Source: Blasia pusilla (Eukaryota). Taken from it: 64,000 bases of DNA. Below the pieces are notes generated by a model. It made no database searches. It saw nothing but the letters and a program-made list of their open reading frames with translations, and had not been told where the DNA came from. Shown here one piece after another: positions 52,701 to 64,000 of the stretch. Location of the stretch: contig CM114271.1 in the NCBI GenBank assembly GCA_050084515.1, positions 47,368,001 to 47,432,000 of the forward strand, given 5' to 3'. The translations under genes were made by a program, and so were the position numbers. The stretch's first letter is position 1, and every line of letters begins with the position of its first letter.

Positions 52701-54725
52701 ATCAATAAATGAAACAAAGTAGTGGCAACCACTAAGGCTATATTGTGATGCTGTCCACACATCACTGTGGACAACATCACAACATAGCCTCCAGGATATC
52801 CAATATCCTGGATGCTCTTCTACTTTGCTTTGGAAAAGGAAATCTAGTTTGTTTTCCAAATTGGCAAGCAGGACATGCCTCTAACGTAGCAGGACTCGCT
52901 AATTTAGGGAGTCCTATTACTATATTAGGTGATGAAATACTTTGTAATCTTTGAAGATTCATATGTCCAATTCTTTTATGCCACACATTTAGATCTGTGA
53001 CTTGTTGGCCGGTTTGACCATATATTGCCGTTTGAATCTCTGGCATAGAAACATCTAATTTGAACATTCTGCAAGATCTAGTTCCTTTGGCTATTTTAGT
53101 CTGATCATCCATTGTTTTAATGAAACAATCATCTGCGTTAAACTTCACCTGATAACCCTGTTCTACTATCTGTCCTACAGAGATCACGTTTCTTTCAATG
53201 GTAGGAACATAGAAAACATTTCCAAGAGCACAAAGACCATCTGATGCTATCGGAACTTTACCGGTATACGTAATATGATGTTGAGTGTCATCTCTTGTGA
53301 GCACAATTTCAGGATCTTTCACCGGCTCCAAACTATTGAACCATTTAGCTTTTGAGGTCATGTGATTCGATGTACCAGAGTCAATGTACCAATCTACTGT
53401 CGAGTCTTTCTTGACCATTGCTCCCATATGATGAGTCATGACCAAGAGATGCTCCGTTTGTGAATCTTGTTCTTCTTGGTACTGCTCTTGGTCTTGTTGC
53501 TCCACATATTTTTTTTGCTATAAGGCTCATGTTCTCATATTTGCCTTCTTCTTGAAGCAAAAATTTGCATAATGACCCTTTATCCCACAGTAATTGCAAG
53601 ATCAAGGGAACTTCTGCTGATGACCTCGACCCCAACGGTTTCCACCATCATCACCTTGTGATTGTGTGTGGTACTGGTTTGTAGTTCATTGTGCAACGTT
53701 ATATTGAGTGCCTCTTCCTCCATATGCTTGATATCCACCACAACCACGGAAGTTTCTGCCACGATCTATGCCTGTGTTTGATCCATAACCTGCAAATAGC
53801 GCACTCTCTTGCAGACTAGACGAGTTACCGCTGCCTACTAGACGCATCTCTTCATTGATTAACAGAGGAACTAAATCTTGAAAGTTTGGATACTTGTCTC
53901 TCACAGAGATAGAGGTCTCAAAGGACTTGTATTCCTTTGGAAGGCCTTGAAGAGCGAATAAAATCAGATCATCATCTTCTCATGTCACTCCAATGCTATT
54001 CAACTGATCAAGAATATGTTTGATACTCAAAATATAATCATTGATGCTCTGCGATTCTTTCCTCGCTTCGTTCAATTGTTGTTTCAATTGAAGCTTTCTG
54101 GCCTTTGTAGATGTTTGGAACAACTTTTCCAATGCATCCCAGGCCTCCTTCGGAATATGAATATCTTGAATATGACCTATCATTGGCGAAGTGATCGTTA
54201 TTGAAATGTAGTGGATTACTTGCCTTGCATGTTTGTTCCAGGCACGAACATTCAAGTCTGTTGAGTGACCTTCTGGCTTGGCCTCATCACCTGTGACAAG
54301 CTCCCATAGTTCTTGGCCCATGAGAAATTATTTCATGCGAAACTTCCAAACATTATAATTTTTCTTATCTAGCTTCTCGCTTGTGATTGCTGCTGAGGAA
54401 TACTCCATGATGAACGATTTCACTCACAAAAACATAATTTCAAGCTTTCTACTGCTCCAATTGAAGCATAGACCACTCCTACACAGAAATCGACCTGAAA
54501 TTTGCCAAAATTGATCAACTGTATGAAAGAACTAGTTCAAATTGGCCTATAGAGAGCAAACTGCACAACTTTTCTTCACTACGTTAGACCCTAAACCCTA
54601 ACTAACCCTATTTAAGATAATCACGCTTAAGTGACTAACCAAGATTAAGCTTCCCTACTTCGTCTGAGTACCAAATGTAGCAGTTCAGGTCTCTCATGAG
54701 CTTGACTGCAACTCAATCTTCAATA
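49800..54725 (-). mobile_element. Ty1/copia retrotransposon with internally deleted 5' LTR
   Basis: Direct repeat ~50115-50236 vs ~54600-54725, minus-strand polypurine tract AGGGGGAG next to 50236, copia domain order. Left boundary and TSD (CTTGT/CTTGC) are tentative. Confidence 0.82.
50224..54408 (-). pseudogene. Copia gag-pol with stops and frameshifts
   Basis: EKLDKKNYNVWKFRMK; WYIDSGTSNHM; WHKRIGH; DGGGEY...YTPQQNGVAERKNR; CKWVYKIK; MDVKNAFL; LKKALYGLKQAPRAW; YVDD; ADWA; HARTKHVEVHYHFIRE. Confidence 0.93.
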
Positions 54726-57700
54726 CTTGCAAGCATTGATTAGTGTCTCTTAAGGAGTGATTGAGGTCCACGTTGTCCAAGCAAGTAACAAAACACTAGA
54801 ATGTGATTTGAGGAGAAGAGTGAGGGTTGCAACTTTTCTTTTATCACACCTTAGCTATTTTGAGAGATATTTTTGAGGTGGTTGGGCGTATTAAGGGAAA
54901 AATGGCAGAGGAGAGTGTAATGGCCTTGAGCTACCTGAGAGAGATGTCGTGAGGAATGACCACTCCACAAATGTAGTAGCGTCCAGCTAGAGAGTGAAGT
55001 GTGCCATCTAGGGTGCTTGGAGGTTAGTAAGAGCCCATGAGGCTGAGGCATATGCCATCATATGTGGGCCAACAACAGCCGAGAGTGACTTTTTGGGCAT
55101 GTGGTGGGGCCCATCATCAACAAGATTGCAAGTGCCAAGGGAGTGGACATGCCTTTCTAGCCTTATGACCAAGTCGACCTCCATCCAAAACCTTCCATTG
55201 TGACCAATGTGAACGGTGTGATCACACCCGTGAGAGGTGCTTTGCGCACCTCACACCCTTAGTTACAACTTCATAGAGAACGTAAGAGGGTGCAAAAGAG
55301 AGTTGGAAGACCGAGTGCAACTAGAGGGTGCGGAACAAGAGGACCAACAAGTGGTCCCATGGGAGGACAAGGTGGTAGACATGCTTGTAGAGATGGGCAA
55401 GGCCCGCCATCTAGACGAGTCGAGGGAGGTCCCACTTCTGAGGCTGGGATAGGGCCTAGATTGAGCAAATTTAGCAACAGATTGCAGCAATGACGTTCAG
55501 GTTACTAGATTTGAGATCAATGGCATCAACCTCTTATGGAGCAGGTAGGGATTCAGAGGCTCTCGTGTGGATGTGCAGGTCTCCACAGATGGAGGCAATC
55601 ATCGTGGTTACACGTGGAGCAGCAACATAGTTGGATCCATAGAGACGCAAAGCCAAGAAGCAAACCGGGCTCCATTTGTTACTCAAATTGTTTGAGGTGA
55701 GGAGGACTCCTCCATGGGACCTATTTAGAGTTCTTGGAGAATAGATGGTGGTGTTGGAGTGTTGATATCACAAGTAATAGGTAGAATGAGAGCGACCATG
55801 TCTATTTCCAAGGCTCAAGAGGAGCCCATACCAAGTTCCATGCTAGGGGAAACCATAACATTATACAGCACCCTATTATTTTGTGCTTCTGATGTTATAG
55901 CGTTGGGAGGTACGTCTATCAACATGTTTCGATTGGCCGCCACCATATGTGAGCATGGAGGTGATTTTTATGCCTCATTATTAGAGGTCATTGTAGAGGA
56001 GTTGGTGGAATTTCCCTCGGAGCTAATGCTCAGGATATTCACCATTGGTTCATATCAAGGTGCGGTTGCTCGATTGGTGGAGTTGCCAACTAGACCCGCT
56101 ATAGGGCGTGCTATGGTTTCACCCGGAGTGGTATCGTTGGACAACCAGAGTGAAATCTTTTACTTGGTTAGTCATATAGGTTTAGTTTATTGTCCCCAAC
56201 GTGCCTTGTTGGATTCGGGAGCACAACCTTTGATGTTGAGAAAAGGAAATTTTAGGGGCTTAGGATTGACTCATGCTAATATGGAGCGATGTCCATTACG
56301 CATTCAGATGTCATTGGGAGGAGCTAGTATGACCCAATTCATCACCCGCTAGAAGATTACAACGAGGCTCATGCTAGAGCATCCGAACTGATGAGTCCGT
56401 GGTGCGTGCCAAGGTGATAGTGACCAATGCCAAGTCCTACGATGGCTTGGTTGGTGGAGAATTGAAATATTATACCCAATGGCGTTTGCCCTAGATTATT
56501 GGGAGGAGTCGACCTTTCATAGACCAGGATGGAAGTTCAGTGATGGATGTATAAGCTTGTTGCCACTTTGGCTTATTGGCAGTGTGATCGGCAATGACTA
56601 GGAGATCGAGGTGGCAACCTTAGCTGCATTCAATCGTGCCATCACCTAGCCATGAGATTTTGTTGGATGTAGCAAGTGTTGGATCACGTGGGCATCATTT
56701 GAAACTTTGGTGGACAAATTTGGTGCCGCATGAGATGATGCAGAGGGATTATGTTAGTGTGGATTGACCCTCTTTTTTGTTGGTGGATTTGACCTTGGAT
56801 CCTGGGCGTTGATTGCAGGCACTGAGGCATCGTAATCAATCTCCGTTAAGTTTGGTGAATCAAGTAGGCATACCTAGGGCAACACTTCCCACACTAGTGA
56901 GTTTTCCCGCCCCCCACGTCTTTAATGAGGGTAGCCCAACAATTAGTGGAGCCCAATGTTGATGAGTAAGTGCATACGATGGGGTTTCCAACAAGAGTGA
57001 CGGTAGTATTGTCATTGACAAAGGTGCTTGACACCATGTGCTTGGCTAGGTTATGAACCTAAATTTTATTACATGGATTATCATCCTAAGATTAGCTAAA
57101 TAGCGTCATATGCAATTGAGGCACATCACCTCTGAATCCTTAATAAGCCCTTAGACGGTACATGCCTTGGCTAGGGCCGATGTGGGAGAAGACCTAGAGG
57201 TCACAAGTGATCGTGGGAGATATCTTTGGAGATCGTGGGATGTGATGCAGGTAGACCTAAACATGGCAACCATAACACTTGATGTTGGCTAGGGCATTGA
57301 TCGTCAAGGAGTGTCGAGAGTAGAGAGATCTAAATTGGCTGCATGAGAGTATATCAATATATAGCAATGGTATTGACGAGGTTGCACAATAGCAACCAAA
57401 CCCCATGTTAGAGAGTCCAACCATCACGTTGGAAACTTGTGAGCTAGACATCATGCCCAAGTTGATAGGAGGACAATGACGCCACATACATAAATTTGTG
57501 AGGAGTCACAAGAGCTACTTTACATTTAGGGTGTAAGATTTGGGTACACTAAAGGGTCCAAGGATCCACATCAAATTGTCTCGTGCGATGCTTTGGTAGA
57601 GACCAAAGGTTTAGTCAAGTAGGTCATAGATGACCTAATGGGAAGTAGGGTAACCTACTAGAATATGTTTCCCCTTTGTGTGGACCCACTTGGAGGTCAT

Positions 57701-58550
57701 ATAAGAAATTTAATATTTAGAGTAAGTTCCCAATTTTATGAGCTTTGACTTTCTATGGTTGTAACGACTTGCCTCCAGTTGATTTTTTCAAGGCCCTTGG
57801 GAGGCTACATCCTTGCCGAGTGGTTTGGCATTCCAACTTTTGTGAATGACTTCCATCCTTACACAATTTGTTTGTCAAGATGCCTCCCTCTTTGCACCAG
57901 CACTTGGATGATCTCTCTCTTTGCACGAGCACTTAGATGATCTATGTGACTTTCTTATGGTGGTTTGTCATGCTTGGTGTGTGAAGAACTTCGAGATTCT
58001 TTGCCCCGGGCTATGGTGTTGTGGACTCCATGAAGCCCCCCCTCTTACTTCCCATGGTATCTCCGGTCTTATTCTTATTGATGCATAGCCTCTATTTTCT
58101 CTAGAAAACTTGCCTAGGGGAACGCGTCGAGGAATCTAATCCGAAACGTCGCCAGTCGAAGGACAGGCTGAAACCCGGCCCGCTCTCTTCCAAGCTCCCT
58201 CCTGCTTGCGTGGGGTGACTTGGACCCGAAAGCCCGCGTCGCACAAGGGAGGACGATGCTCCACTCTTCTCCTCCTGTCGTTCGGCCTCCCTCTCCAGCT
58301 CTCCGCGCCAGCGCTACTCGTTCGTCAAGCGATCGGTTTGTGTCGCGAGCTGCCATCGGAGGGAGCGGACTTGGACTTTCATGATTTGCTTGGCGTCTTG
58401 CAGATCTTCCGTCTGTGTTTCTGTGGCGGTTTCCGCTCGTGCGTTGTGCTCGGGCGAGCTCTGCTCTGTCTGCTGTGCTGCGAGAGATCCACGGACTCAG
58501 TGTCAGGTGTGGTGCGAGAGATATAGGAACTGATTGTGAGGAGAAAAAAA

Positions 58551-60464
58551 ATGGCGTCTGCTCGCACGGCCGCTGCTCTAGCGAAGAGGATCAATTCCTC
58601 TCGCGCTTTCGTGGCTCCGTCTGCTGTTGTGCGGTCGGTCTCGTCAACGCCGCAGTTGCTGGAGAAGGCGCCGGAGGCCTCGTCGAGCGCCGGGAAGACC
58701 AAGGCCTCGAAGTTTAAGAAATTCGCGATATATCGATGGAATCCGGATCAGAACAGGAAGCCGACGCTGCAGACGTACAGCATCAACACCAGTGAGTGCG
58801 GCCCCATGGTTTTGGATGCGCTGCTGAAGATCAAGAATGAGCAGGACACCGGATTGAGTTTCAGGCGGTCATGTAGAGAGGGAATTTGTGGCTCTTGTGC
58901 TATGAACATGGATGGGAAGAATGGACTTGCATGTCTGACGAAGATCGACTCGGAGTCCACGAAGGAGACTCTCATCACTCCGCTGCCGCATATGTTCGTC
59001 ATCAAGGATCTGGTGGTGGATATGACCAATTTCTACAATCAATACAAGAGCATCGAGCCGTGGCTGAAGAGGAAGACGCCCGTCGAAAGTCCTGGGAGGG
59101 AGGTTTTGCAGAGCAAGAAGGACCGGGAAAAGCTGGACGGGATGTACGAATGTATATTGTGCGCTTGTTGTAGCACATCTTGCCCTAGTTACTGGTGGAA
59201 CCCCGAGAAGTATCTCGGACCTGCTGCTCTGCTACACGCCCACAGGTACGAAGTTGTCAGATCTACATATTTCTCCGTAGAAAATTATGTCGTTACCCGC
59301 TCGCGTTGGTATTCGGTTTTTCCTTCCGCAGTTCCTAGTTCAGTTCATTAGGTTTCTTCTTCGCGTGATTTCTCGCTTTGAATATGCCTGAAATCTCCCA
59401 ACTTCGAATAGTTTTGTAAGTCTCCAGAGTCAATTTCAAGTGTGTTGTAACAGCGGCTCAGCAGACGAAGAAGTCGTCCTCCTTGCGCTTTGCAGTACAA
59501 GCCCTCGTAAAGTACATCAAGCGAAGTCTTTTGACTTCAATTAGTTTCGAAAATATTGAGGACCAATTTGTAGTGCCAGAAAAAAAATCCTACCGTAGCA
59601 CAATCTGTGGCGTACACCCATCGTGGTTGGTTGTTCTCATGCTAATGTCAAGCCATGCTAACCAATTCCTCTTGATGTAACAAAAGCACATGACATGTAG
59701 ACCACAATTTTCGAAGTGAAAGTTGGAAGTGGTCCAATAGATTTGATGGTCCCTTGGAGGACCCAGAGAAAAAACATGCTTAAATTAAAATTGATACCTT
59801 TGGGGGAATACCGATGGATGTCTTTGCATAGTGGCATGAGAAATTCTATGAGTAGCAACATTGACGGAGCCACTGGTTGTTGCCATAGTGTTTGCCGTAG
59901 GGAACCTCCTCGTTTGCTGTTCAGGTATTTTCTGGTTTATCGTGTAACAGAAGAGACAGAAAAACTGGGAGCATTTTACAAGTTGATATCGTGGTTTGAG
60001 AGAAAGTCTATCAAGTCAACCATCGAATGGTTTTGCTGTGATAATGCCTAAGCAGCTGACATAATTAGGATTTTTGGAAATTTTTTTCTCCGGATCGTGC
60101 AACATTCTCATTTGTGTGTAGATCAAATCTGATGGTAGAGAGCAAATCACAATTACTACTGAGATAGCCAGAGCAGGCCAAGAGGCATAAAGGATGCTAC
60201 AAAGCCCGGTAATTCAAAATCATGTACATCCCTGTCCTATGTCAGAATTCCAATTCCATCAGTTAACACAACCAAGCGCAATGTGTTTGCAGGTGGATAG
60301 CTGACAGCAGAGACGAATTTACAAAGGAGAGATTGGAGTCTATTGACGATGAATTCAAGCTATATCGGTGCCACACTATCATGAATTGTGCTAATGCGTG
60401 TCCAAAGGGATTGAATCCCGGTATGCAGATTCAGAAGATCAAGCAGTTGCAGGTCAGCCGGTGA
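58551..60464 (+). CDS. SDH2: Mitochondrial succinate dehydrogenase iron-sulfur subunit; exons 58551-59245 and 60293-60464
   Basis: Presequence, then [19 protein letters not shown] and [22 protein letters not shown] intron joins to R-WIADSRDE...[18 protein letters not shown]...VSR*. Confidence 0.96.
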
Positions 60465-62131
60465 TTGACTCCAAACAACTCAGTATATATATATATATAT
60501 ATATACATAGAAATGCCGTCCCTTGAAATAGTGATACCCCTTCATTTGTGTTGCGTTGCACCGTTTTTGGTCAAGGAACAGTTCCCGGATTTTCGATGGT
60601 GACCTCTTCTGAGGAAGTAGGAAAGGTCATAATAACGGGAGTGAAATCCATAAATGCTCATGGACTAGTGCGCTGCAGGCCCTGGGTGATTTGAGAAAAC
60701 ATGACAATGGTAAGGAAAAACTAGCCTCAGCTTCAAGACGTTGTTAGTTAAATGTCAATGCCGACGATGTTCTTGGCAATCAAGCAAGGAAGGCATTACA
60801 TTGTGAGGGTCTTGATCCACTGGACTGAGAATCTGAAGACTGACTGTTACGGATAGAGCAGATCATATGCAATGAACAGTTTGCACAGCTTAAATCCAGA
60901 CTTTTCCATATGTATATAAAGTGGATAAAAAAATCTGCCCAGTTCATTTATTTCAACTTGTCAAATTTGCGAATCGGAACTGAAAGGTTTTGGCTTTTGT
61001 ACCTATTTGTCTTAGTCAATTTGAAGATGCAGTATGTTATGGTCTAACTTACCGTCTAGCATTCGCTCATGTACTATATGTTCGATGTCATTGAGGAAAT
61101 GTTCGAAATACTGTCACTTAAAAGACTGTTTCAGACACAGCTAAATGACACTAAAAGTCTGACCACTAAATGACACTACAGTATTACTCCAAGATCAATG
61201 AACCCCGTGGAGTAGTTCAATGTGAAATTTTCACCAGGTGAAATCCTTGGAGTGTGGTATTGAATCGGATCGGTCTGCCCAGTCAGGCATCTTAGTCCCA
61301 GGATGCCAATGAGTTGGGTGCATGCCTGGTTTTCAAGTATGTCCACCCACCAACCACCCGGTGGCTATCAGTATGTAGCTTTCTATCTTTCCAATTTGTG
61401 GGCCTGTATGCTCGGAGATGACAAATGGCACTGAAGCACTGTGTACTAGGTACAAATCCAGGTAATGTAGACTGTGACAGGATGAATTTCTTAACTTACC
61501 CTACAAGTCCAGTAAGTTGATAACTTTACCCAACTGACCAAATAAAATCTGAAGCAAGTTGATCTCAAAACATTGAAGTGTCGAGTGGCATATCCACACA
61601 CAAAGAATGAGGTTGGCAATGCCACTCCTATACTCGAAGCTGGGACTGGGACAAAGCATCGTCCATGCACACAAAAATTTGGGTTTCCAGAAAACCTCCC
61701 CAGCTTCGGCAGGCAAGCATTTACTCCTTCTATATCCATGCCATAAATGTGCCCAAGAACCTCCCTCAAATTTGTGCACAAGTGGTTAACAGTGCAAAAC
61801 TGCTCAGAATGTAAAATAACGAGGTAATTGCTATCATATTACAAAGGCTCGTCACTGCCACCCACAGTGAAAACTCTCGGGGTCAATTTGAGTAGAGGTG
61901 ATATCAGCCAAGTGTAATCAAGTACTTTTCAACTCTGTGACTACGTACATTTCTATTGGCATATCTACACCATGAACATACATGTCAGCACGGGTTCGAC
62001 TTTCAGATTGACTACTTTGGAAGCTAGATCCACCACCAGCATTAAGTTACTGAAAGTTTTGGATGAACTAGTCAGGAAGAGCTATGCACAAGAAGAGGCA
62101 TGAGATGTCATTCCTATCTTACCCCAAAGAA

Positions 62132-64000
62132 TCAACCCATGGCATTATCTCCTACTGCAGGTCGCTGAACTACTCTAATTCCTGCCTTCTTATCCCATTC
62201 CTCTGCCTTCAAGGTCTCTGCCATAGCTTCCTGTCCTCGCCACAAAATCTGCACAAGGCTGCATGTTATTAAAAAGGCATCTATACAGGAAGATTCAATG
62301 AGATGCACTCTATAATATCCAAAATACCAAGTCTAATTTGTTTCAGATACAACAAGCTCATTGCAGTAAAGGACTCATCACTGGGAGTATAGACACAATT
62401 ATCATTGAACTAAGAATCCCACAAGCAAATATAAACAGTGCTTTTGGATAGTCATTAGTACCTTATCTGCAACACCAAACTCCACTGCTTTGACAGGATT
62501 CATGTAGAAAGGTCTCTCCATTACTTTCGCCACCTTCTCGAAAGACTGCAGACAACATCCAGTGAGGATAGTGAAAGTGGCCTCAGCATATAAGCTCCAG
62601 GAATTCAAAGCATCACATTCACCTTATCTTAAACCACTTTCACAAGTCCCACCATCAGAAGACACTCACATTTCCAGTGTGCTTGGCCAAAAGTTTTACA
62701 AGCATGTCCCTGTTGTTGACAACCTGCACCACACCAGAGAATATTGGTGAATGTTCAACCTTTCGGCTTTTGATGACTGGCTTCCTGACCATCTCTTTCA
62801 TAGACTGCGACCGAATGCCCTGAAGGTGGCAGCTTTGGATAGATCTGATGAAACTGCATGAAATACGGATAGGAACTTGTAGAAAAAATGGCAGCAGCTT
62901 TGAGGAACCCACACATACCCAACAGATGAGAACCGACACCCAATAGAGTACAGTGTAACCATATCCTGGGTATGCATAATGAATAAAATAAAATAACATT
63001 GGGCAAAAGCTTGCAAAATAAAGTCAGAATTTTTTTCACCTCTTTAGCTCTAATGTGCACATCAATTGCAGACATTTGCCCAGTTGATGGTAGTCGGGGT
63101 TGTTGAATCATAGCTGCAGTAAGTTCACAATAATCAGTCCTACTCAAGCCAAAACTCTAGGGGACCATATGGTAGGGCAGAAGAACAGAAGACAATCCAA
63201 ACCCAATGGAGTAGGTGGACAGGAGGCAGGAAAGTTTTGGATACACACAACAAACCATATAAATCAGGGATGTGTATCAAACCTGTGGCATGTGGAAGCA
63301 TATACCGTCTTCCACGCTCACCCGCGGCAAGAAGCAAGCATGCTTGTCCTATTGCTGCACCTACACCGACTGTTTGGATCTGCGTACAAGTTGAGAAAAA
63401 ATATTTTTTACGACACGGCATAAGTCAGACAACAAATCTAGTCTAGTTTAGTAGTCAGTTTTATTAGAAATCCGTGTGATCTTCCCACCTAAAAGCGTGA
63501 GATCATTCATAGCAAATCTGGTCCAAGGGCATATTGCAATTTTAGTGAAGAGAAAGGAATATAGCAACATGTCTGTTGGTGAAATACAGAGTTGACCAAG
63601 AAAGAAGACCTCATTCTTCACTTGCATCATGGTATCGTAGATTGCGAAACCTTCTGTCTCCATACCAACCTGTTACCAAGGGTCAAAACGTGCCATTGTT
63701 AAAACACAGGCCGATTCTCCAGATAACAGACAGAAATATTTAGTTTGCAAGGGTATGCTAGCAATAAGTAAACAGCTAACATCCAGAAGTGGCTCTCTGG
63801 AACAAGAAGGAATATCTAGGGTAAGGGTAATTCACTTCATCCAGCAGCCATTTAAAATCCAGCAAAGAGGTAACTTTACCGTTTCACCATCGGCACGGGA
63901 AGTTCCTGTTGAGTTAAGATAGACATATGAAGGCTGTCTTGGGTCCAGCCACTGTAGGTACAAGAGCTCTGCAATCACTAGCTCGGTCACGGCTGGGACA
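62132..64000 (-). CDS. CLPR3: Plastid Clp protease non-catalytic subunit, ClpR3-like; last seven exons, 5' part outside the window
   Basis: Spliced fragments VPAVTELVIAELLYLQWLDP...DGET / VGMETEGFAIYDTMMQVKNE / IQTVGVGAAIGQACLLLAAG...PHAT / AMIQQPRLPSTG...IRAKE / VVNNRDMLVKLLAKHTGN / SFEKVAKVMERPFYM...GVADK / ILWRGQE...EWDKKAGIRVV...MG*. Confidence 0.88.

Larger units (their letters stand above)
49300..57660 (+). mobile_element. Highly degenerate copy 4 of the DNMT-carrying gypsy family (gag, protease, partial methyltransferase, pre-RT region), split by a copia element
   Basis: RAVGIIELYNF (~49442) vs SAVGTIELEDF; LECDLRRRVRVAT (~54797) vs LDRELRRRVRDAT; CDQCERCDHTRERCF (~55199); ALLDSGAQPLML (~56205); methyltransferase motifs 56660-57085; HKFVRSHKSYFTFRV*DLGTLKGPRIHIKL (~57490). 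Ends approximate. Confidence 0.8.

Noticed and set aside
59246-59351. C-terminal extension of the 58536-59351 ORF
   Set aside because: Read-through into the intron. The true SDH2 C-terminus is in exon 60293-60464.

Overview
Eukaryotic nuclear DNA from a green plant, probably a non-seed land plant (inferred from the plastid ClpR3 gene, mitochondrial SDH2 and the transposon types). Three host genes are recognisable: an intronless class I SAM-dependent methyltransferase (39382-40263 +), SDH2 (58551-60464 +, 2 exons) and the 3' exons of ClpR3 (-, runs off the right edge). Most of the rest is decayed, nested transposons: a chromodomain Ty3/gypsy, a complete 12.5-kb CACTA element, a solo LTR, a Ty1/copia, and four pieces of one unusual Ty3/gypsy family. 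That family is the main find. Its polyprotein reads Gag - protease - DNMT3-like cytosine-5 DNA methyltransferase - RT - RNase H - integrase - PHD finger. The best copy is 24822-33211. A second, diverged copy (~49300-57660) keeps methyltransferase motifs VIII-X in the same position, so the enzyme is a family feature. Three copies share an odd 3' end in which the last ~105 bp of the LTR are duplicated just upstream of the LTR. Target-site duplications resolve a multi-level nest from 3961 to 35510, with two inverted duplications of LTR/flank junctions. All transposon ORFs here are interrupted, and all similarities were judged by eye without database searches.
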